A stretch of 64,000 nt of DNA from a virus. Numbering within the stretch: the stretch's first letter is position 1; each line of letters starts with the position of its first letter. This document shows positions 45,806 to 56,087 of the stretch, piece by piece. The translations under genes were made by a program, and so were the position numbers. The notes under the pieces are model-generated. The model was not told the origin of the DNA. It saw only the letters and a program-made list of their open reading frames with translations, and made no database searches. The stretch covers positions 1-64,000 of IMG/VR virus record IMGVR_UViG_3300008117_000010. One strand, 5' to 3'.

Positions 45806-48800
45806 AAAAGTATATAGGCAAATTTAAAAAGGAAGGATTACCCGGTGGACCTAATGAAGTGCAAACAACTATGCATGGATTTATATTTACTGAAGATGGT
45901 CAATATGATTTTCCAGGAATGAAAACAGTAGTACCTGGAGATACTATGACAATGGAAAATGTACTGCATAATCTATTAGGTATTAGTGATAATGGTATTA
46001 TGCAATTCATGGAACGTGATGGTGGAGAATATTATTTTCCTGGTGCAAACATGGTATATGAAATACCTCTTGCACAATTTGGTTTATCATATGGATTAGA
46101 AGGGACAGAAGATATGAATGGAAGTCTTGTTCCCTCATTAAACTTTGATACTAACGGTCTAAGTCTTAATGCTTCATCAAGTTTACCTATAGAAAGTTTA
46201 AAAGATTATTATAAAAATTTAAGTGTTAATGCAGCCTATAGAAAAAATTTAGGAAGACTAGGAAATTTAGAACTAACAGGTAGTGGTTATTATAATAAAG
46301 GTAGTAAACCAGATTATAATGTTGGTTTTAATTATAATAACAGATTTAAAGATCGATTAGGTGTAAATGTTTCTGCTAATTCTCCATTACAAAATATTAA
46401 AGATAATACTAATGTAAATGTTGGTTTAACTTATAATTTTCAAGATGGTGGAATTAGAGGACCAAGAATAGTTAATGACCCTGAATCAGATAGATCATAC
46501 TATGATCCAATTTCAGAAACAATAACTATGAGTGCTTTACCATTTGGTGTAGATCCAAAATATGTTAAGGAGCATGAAATGTTTCACCATCTGCAAAACA
46601 TGACGGGTAACTTACATTATGGTACACCTGTAAAAAGAGCTACTATTCCATCAACCGATGAATTTGCGGCAGACTATTATAACAGAAAAGGATTAGAAGT
46701 AGGAGATCTTACTGATGAATTTAGATATTATAATCCTGAATTTGGTTTTGTACCAGATGATGTTATATATAACACGTATATTGACTACGAACAATATAAT
46801 AGACCGTATACTGTAGAGGGTGAAGCTCAAGATTATGAAAACTATATACGTTCTGGTGGCAACTCTATATTTAGAAAAAATGGTGGATCATTAGATAAGT
46901 ATCAATTTGGTAGACAATATAAAAAATTCAAAGAAAGCTTACCAGAAAACTTAAGAAATACAAATGAAAAAGATTATAATTTAAAGTATTTATGGAAAAA
47001 AGCTGGTAGACCTAGTGATATATTTGAAGCACAACAATGGGATAGAAATAAATCATTTGAAGAAAATTATAATCAAGATATAGCAAACTTAAAAGCTGGA
47101 ACATATGATTATACAAAAGGTCTTTTTCCTTTAGTAGAGGATGTAGAACAAGACGGTAGTATTAGTTATAATTATCATGGTTCAAGTATTGAACCAACAA
47201 CATTAAAGTTTTTAAAATCAAAAGATCATCCATCTTTAATAAAGGAATTAGAGTGGTATTATTCTAATGACCCAACTGCTGTTGATTTTAGAAATCAATA
47301 TGATTTAGATAAAAGTGGTAAATTTTATCAGTATATACCAAAAAAACAAAATATAAAAAAGAAAGGTGGTACAACTCTAAAAAAATATCAAACCGGAAAA
47401 ACAGTTTCACAAGAGTGGACTGAAATTACAGGAACACCTTGGGCACAAGCCAAAAAACTTGGACTAACTAAAGGAAGTGAAAAAGAAAATCTTAAACTTT
47501 TAAATGAAATTAAAAAAGATCCTGAAAAATATAGAACACTTGCAAGAGGTAATTCTAATTTGCAACCAATAGAAAGGATAGAAGTTCAACCAGAAGCTAT
47601 AATAACAGAAGATGTAAAACCTGTTACTACAGCTAAAAGTGTAACACAACCATTTGATCAAACATATAGAGAGTTATACGGAGAAGAAAAACAAGCACCA
47701 CAAGATGTAATGAGGGTACCTTTAATAGATGCTCCAAAATATACTATAACAAATCCTGATTTATTAAGTGTTCCTTTTGTATATGAAACGGGAGTTCAAC
47801 CAGACTATTCATATGAAGATAGAGCATTTGGTGAATCTGAGTGGAATAAACTTGCGGCTGTTGCATTACCTTCTCCAACTGGAGAATTTGCTCAAGAAAT
47901 GTTTAATCCATTAAGTCAAGAAGCGATAGGAGAATATATTCCTATGGTACAATCAACGCAATTAACAACTCCAGGACCAAATGCATATAAACCAGATTTA
48001 TCTAATTGTGATCAAGAGCAATGTTCTGCAGGATTACAATATAACCTAGCATCACAATTAAAAGGTGGTTTTAACGAAGCTCATAATAAATTAGGACTTC
48101 AAGGTAATGCTTGGACAATGGGTGAAAATATTATAAAACATGGTGGACAAAGAATATATGGTCTTGGTTCTGAAATGAATATAAATAGAAGTAAAAATTA
48201 TGATACTAAAGATATAAGGAAAAAATTATATGAGGCAAGAAAATCATATGACTTAGATAAAATATACGAAACCTCACAGGTAGGTGATATTGTTGAAATG
48301 TATTATCCCGGTAGTGACTATCAAACCGAAGCAATACGTGATGGTAAAGATAATACTGTTACAACACATATAGGACATATTACTGAGAAAGATGGCGTTA
48401 AATATGTTACACATAATGTCCATGGTACATGGCATACAGATAAATTAGAAACATTATTATCTAGATCAGGAAATAATAAAGGTACAAAAGGAACAGTAAT
48501 TTCAGGTATTGTAAGACCAGATTATGGTTGGAGAGATAAGCAAGATGAAAATAGAGCTGTATCTATATCTCCAAATCCTGTACAAGCAATATCTGCTAGT
48601 GGTGATAGAAACTATTATCAATTTGGACCTGCTGATACAGATAATGATGGTAAAGAAGATGTAGTATCTAGATGGCAAAACAAAGCTATTAATCCGACAT
48701 CTCAACAATTTGTTAAAGGAATAGAAGCTGTAGCACCAACTATTGCTAAAGACTTTGGATTATCAAATGATCAACTTGAATTAGTAATGAGAACATCATT

Positions 48801-50022
48801 TGGTGCATTAGGTAAAGAAAGTTCATTCGGTGTAGGAGAAGGATATCTTAAAAAAGCTCGAGCAAGAAAACCTTTAAGAGAATATAAAAAGACTGCTCCA
48901 GATTGGTTTCTTGAAGGTGATCCATTAAGTGAGGGTCTTTCCCAAATAAAATATGATGAGATTTTTAAAGATCCAAAAACAAAATCTCTTCTAAATAAAT
49001 ATGGAATTAAATCAGAAGATCAATTATATGATCCAATGTATGCATCTATTGCAACTATGATATTAGGAGCAATGAATTATAAACAATTTGAATTAGCAAC
49101 AGGATTAAAAGCAGAAGATGTTGATCCAATAACATTACAAAATATAATGTTACTTGGTCATAATAAAGGAATGCAAAATGTAATAAATAAAGATTTTACA
49201 AATGAAGGTGAATTAAAAACTTTTAGTTTCTTAAATAGAAAAGGTAATAAATATAAAGAGGGTAAGGAACCAACAATATCAGATGCATCAATTATAAGAG
49301 GACTCGAAACGTACTCCAATGCGCATATGAATCGAAAATCATATACTAATGAAGGTGGAGATTTTGCAGCCTCTTTAAATATTGATATGGATAAATTAAT
49401 GGGTCCAAGCAATAATGAAAACTTAGTTGAATATACTCAACAAGAACTTCCTGAAGAATATGGTCTTGGTGAAGCTCTTCTTGCTGGTGCATATGATAAA
49501 GCTTCAGGTAGAGATTATCAAAAAGATAGAGATAAAATAAATGCTGAAATTGAAGCAGCTAAATTAAAAGCAATAAAAAATGCAGAAAAATTATATAAGG
49601 GAAGTAAAAGAAAATTAAGACAAGCCGTAAATAAAATTGAAAAAGAAGCTGCAATAGCCAAATCAACAATTTTAAATCAAGCAAGAAAAGTTAAAAGAAA
49701 AGTATCTTCTTTTGAAGAGGGTGGACAAATTGATAAAATATATATAGGTAAATATACAATGACACCAAAGATGGAAGATGGTGGTGGATTGAAGAGATGG
49801 TTTGCAGAAGAATGGACAGATATTAAAACAGGTAAAGAATGTGGTAGATCTGGAAAAGAAAAAGGTTCACGTCCATATCCTGCTTGTAGACCAAAAAATA
49901 GAATAACTTCTGAAACTCCTAAAACAGTAAGTGAATTATCTTCTGCTGAAAAAGCTAAATTTAAAAAAGCAAAAAGAGGAAAAGAAAGAATAAAATACAA
50001 TCATCAAAGGAAAAATAAATAA
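45802..50022 (+). CDS. Mosaic virion cargo protein (beta-barrel-like, HExxH zincin, CHAP/NlpC-like and lysozyme-like modules)
   Basis: HEMFH; CSAG...GNAW...VGDIV...THIG; KESSFG...GLSQIK...HNKG; modules separated by xxGG motifs. Confidence 0.7.
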   Translation: MKKYIGKFKKEGLPGGPNEVQTTMHGFIFTEDGQYDFPGMKTVVPGDTMTMENVLHNLLGISDNGIMQFMERDGGEYYFPGANMVYEIPLAQFGLSYGLEGTEDMNGSLVPSLNFDTNGLSLNASSSLPIESLKDYYKNLSVNAAYRKNLGRLGNLELTGSGYYNKGSKPDYNVGFNYNNRFKDRLGVNVSANSPLQNIKDNTNVNVGLTYNFQDGGIRGPRIVNDPESDRSYYDPISETITMSALPFGVDPKYVKEHEMFHHLQNMTGNLHYGTPVKRATIPSTDEFAADYYNRKGLEVGDLTDEFRYYNPEFGFVPDDVIYNTYIDYEQYNRPYTVEGEAQDYENYIRSGGNSIFRKNGGSLDKYQFGRQYKKFKESLPENLRNTNEKDYNLKYLWKKAGRPSDIFEAQQWDRNKSFEENYNQDIANLKAGTYDYTKGLFPLVEDVEQDGSISYNYHGSSIEPTTLKFLKSKDHPSLIKELEWYYSNDPTAVDFRNQYDLDKSGKFYQYIPKKQNIKKKGGTTLKKYQTGKTVSQEWTEITGTPWAQAKKLGLTKGSEKENLKLLNEIKKDPEKYRTLARGNSNLQPIERIEVQPEAIITEDVKPVTTAKSVTQPFDQTYRELYGEEKQAPQDVMRVPLIDAPKYTITNPDLLSVPFVYETGVQPDYSYEDRAFGESEWNKLAAVALPSPTGEFAQEMFNPLSQEAIGEYIPMVQSTQLTTPGPNAYKPDLSNCDQEQCSAGLQYNLASQLKGGFNEAHNKLGLQGNAWTMGENIIKHGGQRIYGLGSEMNINRSKNYDTKDIRKKLYEARKSYDLDKIYETSQVGDIVEMYYPGSDYQTEAIRDGKDNTVTTHIGHITEKDGVKYVTHNVHGTWHTDKLETLLSRSGNNKGTKGTVISGIVRPDYGWRDKQDENRAVSISPNPVQAISASGDRNYYQFGPADTDNDGKEDVVSRWQNKAINPTSQQFVKGIEAVAPTIAKDFGLSNDQLELVMRTSFGALGKESSFGVGEGYLKKARARKPLREYKKTAPDWFLEGDPLSEGLSQIKYDEIFKDPKTKSLLNKYGIKSEDQLYDPMYASIATMILGAMNYKQFELATGLKAEDVDPITLQNIMLLGHNKGMQNVINKDFTNEGELKTFSFLNRKGNKYKEGKEPTISDASIIRGLETYSNAHMNRKSYTNEGGDFAASLNIDMDKLMGPSNNENLVEYTQQELPEEYGLGEALLAGAYDKASGRDYQKDRDKINAEIEAAKLKAIKNAEKLYKGSKRKLRQAVNKIEKEAAIAKSTILNQARKVKRKVSSFEEGGQIDKIYIGKYTMTPKMEDGGGLKRWFAEEWTDIKTGKECGRSGKEKGSRPYPACRPKNRITSETPKTVSELSSAEKAKFKKAKRGKERIKYNHQRKNK

Positions 50023-50064
50023 TATTTATTATCTTGTAATATAATTCTAACTATAAATATAACT

Positions 50065-50433
50065 ATGGCAACTTTAAACGCAACCTTGGTATTAACTAGC
50101 ACCACAACTTCATCCGCTAGTTTAAATTTAAATGTATCAAAAGTACTTACTGTAGATGTTGATCTTGTAAATACTGGACGCATTTCTTGTCCAACAGTTA
50201 CGAATACAACTTTGATTCCTAATACTGTAACAGACAATAAATATGTTTATTTAAAAAATCTTGACCCTGTTAATTTTATTACTGTTAAAGATGATGACCC
50301 TATAGCAATTGGTGACTTTATGGAATTAAAAGCTGGGGAGTTTGCATTCTTTGTAGTAAAAGGTGGCATAGGATTAAACATTGAATCTGATACAGCTCCA
50401 TGTATCGTAGAGTATGGTTTTTGGAATGAATAA
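50065..50433 (+). CDS. Small beta-rich structural protein
   Basis: YVYLKN...LKAGEFAFF...VEYG. Confidence 0.65.
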   Translation: MATLNATLVLTSTTTSSASLNLNVSKVLTVDVDLVNTGRISCPTVTNTTLIPNTVTDNKYVYLKNLDPVNFITVKDDDPIAIGDFMELKAGEFAFFVVKGGIGLNIESDTAPCIVEYGFWNE

Positions 50434-50435
50434 TT

Positions 50436-53246
50436 ATGGCAAATGAACCAATAAATAAAGCTCTTTATAATAGAGTTAAAAGTGAAGCCAAACGAAAATT
50501 CGATAGATGGCCAAGTGCTTATGGCTCTGCGTGGCTAGTAAAAGAATATAAAAGACGCGGTGGCAAGTATAAGCAAGATGGTGGTGGTATGTCACAAGAC
50601 GCACTTAAATCAATGCAATCTTTCTATGAAGATTTTCAATCAAATAAATTTGATGCTGATGCATTTAAAAAGACTACAAATAATCTGTATGATTTAGGTT
50701 TAAAAAATGAAGGTACTAAAACCAGTTATTTAAAAAGTGTAAAAGGTCCTGGTCTTTTTGGAACAGGATTGTTTGGTAAAAACTATTATAAGAGACCTGG
50801 TCTTTTTTCTAAGGATACATACTATACAGATGTAAATGTTCAAAAAGGTTTAGATCAAAAAGGTAATCCTTATTATGTTCCTTTCGATGAATATAATAAT
50901 GAAAATCTTATTGAACCTATAAATGATTTACCTGAATTTCCAGAAATGGCACAAGGTGGCGGTATACCTGAAAGGTATCGTAATATGGGCTTTAATAAAG
51001 TTGGTGCTAAAAAACAATCCAATCGTCCAGGTAAAAAATGGATGGTACTCGCAAAGAAAGGTGATAAATATAAAGTTGTTCATGGTGGCTATAAAGGAAT
51101 GAAAGATTTTACTCAACATGGTAATCCTAAAAGACGTGAACGTTTTTGGGATAGAATGGGTGGTCGTGATTCCGCAAAAGCAAAGGATCCATTTTCACCA
51201 TTGTACTGGCACAAACGCTTTGGTACTTGGCAAGAAGGTGGTCAATATAATTATGATATAAATAATCCAATACCCCAATTTGAAATGGGAAATTCAATAT
51301 TATCTAAAATGCAAAATGAAGCTATGAGAAAAGGATATCTCAAACAAGGTGGAACTCCATGCTATGAATGTGGTGGTTCTTATGCTAAAGGTGGAACAAA
51401 TAATCCAGGTTTTAAAGCACTACCGCCTTACGTTCAACAAAAGATTAAATCAAATATGCAAACAGGAGGAATGACTCCTTTTAATGCAAATCCAGATTAT
51501 TATAATGAGCGTCTACGCAACTTTATTGATTTGGTTAATGGCACCGCTAGTGATAGTCTTTTCTCTGAAATGGAACAAGAAGGTATGATGCCACAAGCAC
51601 GTTACGGAATGTCATATCTTCCATTAGCACAAAACGGTAAAGAACAAAAAGTACCCTACGTTTATTACAAAGGTAAACTAATGCCCTATGATGAAGCTGA
51701 TAGAATGTTACCACAGTTTAACCGCTTTCCGAAAGGAACTAAAATATATAATGAATATGGTGATGAAATTGGAACTATAAGAGATTATGGTCAAACTGTA
51801 AAAGGTGGTAAACCAAAGTTTGAATTTAAAGCTGCTGATCCAAATCTTACTCAAGAAAAATTAGAAGAGTTTGCAAACTTATATGGACAAGAAGCGTTAG
51901 CTAACGCAATGGCTGAAGGATTAATAGACGAGTACACACCTGTTTCACGTTTTATAGATCAGACAATGGGAAGAGGAGTTACAGCGGCAACTAATCCTTT
52001 TGCTGAAGCATCTACAATAAATTATAATAACATTGCTGATGATAACATATTAACAGATCCAGATATAAAACGTGCATATGCAGATAATAAAGCTGCAAAT
52101 AATCAAAATAATAGTAGAACTGGTAGCGGTACAGGTAGTAATACTGGAAGTGGTGCAGCAACAAGTACAGGAGCAAGTGGTGCACGTGCAACTGTTAAAC
52201 AACAATTTGAAGAAATCAATGGTCCTGGTTCTTGGCAAAGAGCAAAAGATGCAGGATTAACAGATGGAAGTGCAGAAGCTAATTTAGCTCTTCTTGAACG
52301 CGCACAAAATAATGAAGATGTTTTCGCAGATGTAGATGAAATAGAAGAAACAACTGTTCCAGAAACAACTGATGAAACAGTAGAAGGAGAAGTAGAAACA
52401 AAAGCAGAAGGAGAAGCAGAAACTACACCAGGTACAAGTGGTACAACAGATCAAATTGGATTACAACAAGCACCCGAATTTGCTAATATTAGCTCCTGGA
52501 CAAATTTTGGAAATGAACCAGTAATGTATTCAGATCCAGAAACTGGAATGGTAATGAATGTTCCACAAGAAATGCTTAATCAAGGTGCTGGTCAAATGTA
52601 TGGTCAACAGTTTCCTGTTTATCTTAAGAAATTTCGTCAAGGACCTTTTGGTACTGTTGCTAAATTTAGACCATATCCAACAGCAGGTGGTTCAGGTAAT
52701 CTATTTGATAGAATAGCTAATGTATTTAGCCCTAATCAAGCAGGACCTCAAGTACCACCAAATATAATGGAAGGAGATGAAGATATAATATCTCAATTAC
52801 AAGAGCAAAAATTATTACGTCCAAGAGATGTTCGTAAAATGCGTCGTCAAGAATCAAGAGAAATGCGTAGAGATCAACGTGGAAATTTAAGAGAGATGCG
52901 TAATGCTGCAAATGATATTATCAAAGGTAGTAATATGCAAAAAAGAGGAGAGATGTTTGATGCCAGAATGGATATGCGTGATGAGCGTTTTAATGATAGA
53001 ATGGATAGAAGAGCAAATAGAATTAATGAAAGATTTGATAGAAGAATAGAAAGAAATCAAGATCAACTTGAACGATTCCAGGATAGAATGCAAAGAAAAG
53101 AAGAAAGAAGAAATAGAAAAGCAGAATATGGTGGTATGTCTAATCCATATCTTTATATGTATAAAGAAGGCGGTGAATATTATATGGATGAAAATACTAT
53201 TAATATGATACTTGCAATGGGTGGTAATATTGAATTTATAGATTAA
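50436..53246 (+). CDS. Mosaic virion cargo protein
   Basis: Many xxGG/PxAxxG motifs; basic, acidic and R/D/M-rich low-complexity segments. Confidence 0.65.
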   Translation: MANEPINKALYNRVKSEAKRKFDRWPSAYGSAWLVKEYKRRGGKYKQDGGGMSQDALKSMQSFYEDFQSNKFDADAFKKTTNNLYDLGLKNEGTKTSYLKSVKGPGLFGTGLFGKNYYKRPGLFSKDTYYTDVNVQKGLDQKGNPYYVPFDEYNNENLIEPINDLPEFPEMAQGGGIPERYRNMGFNKVGAKKQSNRPGKKWMVLAKKGDKYKVVHGGYKGMKDFTQHGNPKRRERFWDRMGGRDSAKAKDPFSPLYWHKRFGTWQEGGQYNYDINNPIPQFEMGNSILSKMQNEAMRKGYLKQGGTPCYECGGSYAKGGTNNPGFKALPPYVQQKIKSNMQTGGMTPFNANPDYYNERLRNFIDLVNGTASDSLFSEMEQEGMMPQARYGMSYLPLAQNGKEQKVPYVYYKGKLMPYDEADRMLPQFNRFPKGTKIYNEYGDEIGTIRDYGQTVKGGKPKFEFKAADPNLTQEKLEEFANLYGQEALANAMAEGLIDEYTPVSRFIDQTMGRGVTAATNPFAEASTINYNNIADDNILTDPDIKRAYADNKAANNQNNSRTGSGTGSNTGSGAATSTGASGARATVKQQFEEINGPGSWQRAKDAGLTDGSAEANLALLERAQNNEDVFADVDEIEETTVPETTDETVEGEVETKAEGEAETTPGTSGTTDQIGLQQAPEFANISSWTNFGNEPVMYSDPETGMVMNVPQEMLNQGAGQMYGQQFPVYLKKFRQGPFGTVAKFRPYPTAGGSGNLFDRIANVFSPNQAGPQVPPNIMEGDEDIISQLQEQKLLRPRDVRKMRRQESREMRRDQRGNLREMRNAANDIIKGSNMQKRGEMFDARMDMRDERFNDRMDRRANRINERFDRRIERNQDQLERFQDRMQRKEERRNRKAEYGGMSNPYLYMYKEGGEYYMDENTINMILAMGGNIEFID

Positions 53247-53250
53247 ACTA

Positions 53251-56073
53251 ATGAGAAAAGTAAGAATAAAAAAACTAGCATATGGGGGCAATACTATTGC
53301 CCCTCCATATATGCCAGATCAATATAGCGTACCCGAAACTAAATTTAATAATACATTAACTAAGGTACCAATACCTGAAGCAAATATAGAAGCTGAAGGT
53401 GGTGAAACTGCATTGTTGCCTGATGTTGGTGGAACTAGTGCATTATATAATATTCGTGGACCTCGACACAGCGAAGGTGGTGTAGCTTTAAATGTACCTG
53501 AAAATTCATTTATATATAGCGACACTGCTAAAATGAAAATTAAAAACGAGGAGATATTAAAAATGTTTGGATACTCTGATGGTGAAATTAAAAAGATTAG
53601 AAAATCAAAAGGAATTACACCAGCAGAAATTTCTAAGAAATATCAAATAAATAAATTTCGCGAAGTATTACAAGATCCTAATAGTAATAAAAGAGAAAGA
53701 AAAACTGCAGAGTTAAATATTAAAAATGCTAATATTAAATTAGCTATTCTTGCTCTTTATCAAGAATCAATGAAAGGTTTCCCTGATGGTATTCCTATTG
53801 TTGCTTTACCATTTATTGCTAAATTCGGAATAGATCCTTCAAGCTTTTTACCTGTTACACCAGAATCCATAAATCAAGCTCAACCTAATCAACCAATGAT
53901 GGAAGAAGAGGAGAATGAGGAAATGGAAAACTATGAAGAAGGTGAAGAAGAAGAATATGAAGAGGAGGGAATGGAAGAAGAATATAATGAAGAATATGAG
54001 GAGGGTGAAGGAATGCCAATGGCAGAAGATGGAATGGCTAATGCAGGTAATCTTTTAGATTTTTTAGCTAACTTTGATCCAACTGTAACACAACAAGAAC
54101 CTGATATTACTATACCCGATGCTAATTTTAATGTTAAATTAAAAGAAATAGGTAAGTATGATGCAGATATGATGTTAGCTGGTTTAGATCTAGCAAATAA
54201 TTTAGCACGACTACCAGAAGAAAAAAGAAGAGAGGAAGCATTTAGAAAAAAAACAGGAGCAGATGAATTATATGCGGATGCTGAAGGAAGTCAAGGATCA
54301 TATGATGTTAATACAGGAGAATTTATACCTACTACAGAAGAACAAACACCTGTACAATTTACAGGTGATGCAACATACGGTAAATATGGTGGAGGTTTAA
54401 GAAAGTTTGTTTATCAAGATGGAGGAGAATTTGACCCAGAACTAGGAGTTTATATGACATACCAAAACGGTAGAGAAGTTTATATGGATGCTAATGATGT
54501 ACCTGCACCTGCGGGTTGGAGTCCTGATGATTATAATAGAATTCTTGAAGATGAATATGAAATGCCTCAAGCTCGATATGGAATGCAAATAGCACAAAAT
54601 GGTGCAGAAAAAAAAGGAATGTATAATCGAGTAGAAGAAACTTTTAAAGGGAATGAAAAACTAAAACAACTATTGTATGAAAAAACTTTAGCTGCTTTAA
54701 AAAATGAATCATATATAAATAAAAATGCCCTTAAAAGAAAAGGAGTAGATATAGATAAAGCAATTAAAGAACTTACTCCCGAAAAAGCACTTGAAGCATT
54801 TTTAGCAATGCAGAAAAGAAACTATGGGGTAGTAGAAAATAAAGGAGCTGAATGGATACGTTCACAATCACAATCAAATAGTAAAGCATTTGATGATGCA
54901 TATGGTGAATTAGAACTTGGTTCTGCTGATCCATTAAATGTAGCACTTGGTCAAGCTTCTTATTTAGGATATCGTGACTTGTTAGAAGATCGTGATGCAG
55001 GAAAACTTGAAGAAGATGTTAATGCTGATCTTGCTCCTTTTATTGTAAGACAAGTAGGTAAACAAGATGAAAAATATGGATTTGATCCAGAACAAGATAT
55101 AAGTAAAATTGATGCAATTGGTACTAATACTACTGTAGGACAGTTAGCAGGGATTAAACAAGATGAGGATGTAGAAGAGACACCTGAAGCAACAACACCA
55201 AAAACTCCTGCTCCAGAATTAATGCCTCAAACTTTAGGTGAAGCAGCAGCTGCACCACCATCAGTAGGACCATATCCACAAGATGTTCTTAGCATGGGTG
55301 AAGCATTTGCTAATCGTATGGGATTGCGAAGAACTTTTCCATGGGCTCCTAAAATTGAACCTGTATTACCTCAAGCAACATTCTTTGATCCACGTAGAGC
55401 AGAAGCTAATACAATGGCAGCATATAATACTGCACTTAATGAATTAGGTGCATATGCAACACCACAGTTTTTAAGTTCACGTGCAGGTTCCGTTGCAGCA
55501 AATGCAATGAACTCTGCTGCAGATATCATTAGTCAAGTACAAAATAATAATGTACAAATAGCAAATTCATTTGAAACTCAAAAAGCTAGTATATTAAATA
55601 ATGCTAACTTAACAAATGCAGCACAAGCAAAACAATTGTATGATGACACAACAATGTTAAATCAACAATATGAAAATGCTAAAAGAGATACAAGAAATAA
55701 ACTTTTGAGTACTATTAAAAATAGTATAACCAATATGGCTACTACGGATGTAATAAACCAAATATATGGTGATAGGTTTATGATTGATCCGACAATAGGC
55801 GGTGGATTAAGATTTTATAATCCACCTGAATCTATTTCTCCTGCTGCTCAAACACAAAGCATGGGTGAACAATTTGCTCAATTTGCAAAACAGTTTGAGG
55901 GACTTGATATTGAAGATAAAACTTTATTAGAATTGTTTCTTAAGGGACAAACTGGTACAGCTTCTACAAATAAAGAAGTTGATGCTCTGGCAGCAATGAG
56001 TTCAATACCACAAGCAGCATACGGAGGTAGTAGAAAACTTAGAAAAGTTAGAATAAAAAAAGCACCTAGATAA
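53251..56073 (+). CDS. Virion cargo/ejection protein
   Basis: NIEAEGGE...GPRHSEGGV...IYSD N-terminal domain, poly-Glu tract, N/A/Q-rich helical C-terminus. Confidence 0.65.
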   Translation: MRKVRIKKLAYGGNTIAPPYMPDQYSVPETKFNNTLTKVPIPEANIEAEGGETALLPDVGGTSALYNIRGPRHSEGGVALNVPENSFIYSDTAKMKIKNEEILKMFGYSDGEIKKIRKSKGITPAEISKKYQINKFREVLQDPNSNKRERKTAELNIKNANIKLAILALYQESMKGFPDGIPIVALPFIAKFGIDPSSFLPVTPESINQAQPNQPMMEEEENEEMENYEEGEEEEYEEEGMEEEYNEEYEEGEGMPMAEDGMANAGNLLDFLANFDPTVTQQEPDITIPDANFNVKLKEIGKYDADMMLAGLDLANNLARLPEEKRREEAFRKKTGADELYADAEGSQGSYDVNTGEFIPTTEEQTPVQFTGDATYGKYGGGLRKFVYQDGGEFDPELGVYMTYQNGREVYMDANDVPAPAGWSPDDYNRILEDEYEMPQARYGMQIAQNGAEKKGMYNRVEETFKGNEKLKQLLYEKTLAALKNESYINKNALKRKGVDIDKAIKELTPEKALEAFLAMQKRNYGVVENKGAEWIRSQSQSNSKAFDDAYGELELGSADPLNVALGQASYLGYRDLLEDRDAGKLEEDVNADLAPFIVRQVGKQDEKYGFDPEQDISKIDAIGTNTTVGQLAGIKQDEDVEETPEATTPKTPAPELMPQTLGEAAAAPPSVGPYPQDVLSMGEAFANRMGLRRTFPWAPKIEPVLPQATFFDPRRAEANTMAAYNTALNELGAYATPQFLSSRAGSVAANAMNSAADIISQVQNNNVQIANSFETQKASILNNANLTNAAQAKQLYDDTTMLNQQYENAKRDTRNKLLSTIKNSITNMATTDVINQIYGDRFMIDPTIGGGLRFYNPPESISPAAQTQSMGEQFAQFAKQFEGLDIEDKTLLELFLKGQTGTASTNKEVDALAAMSSIPQAAYGGSRKLRKVRIKKAPR

Positions 56074-56087
56074 ATCTAGATTAAATT

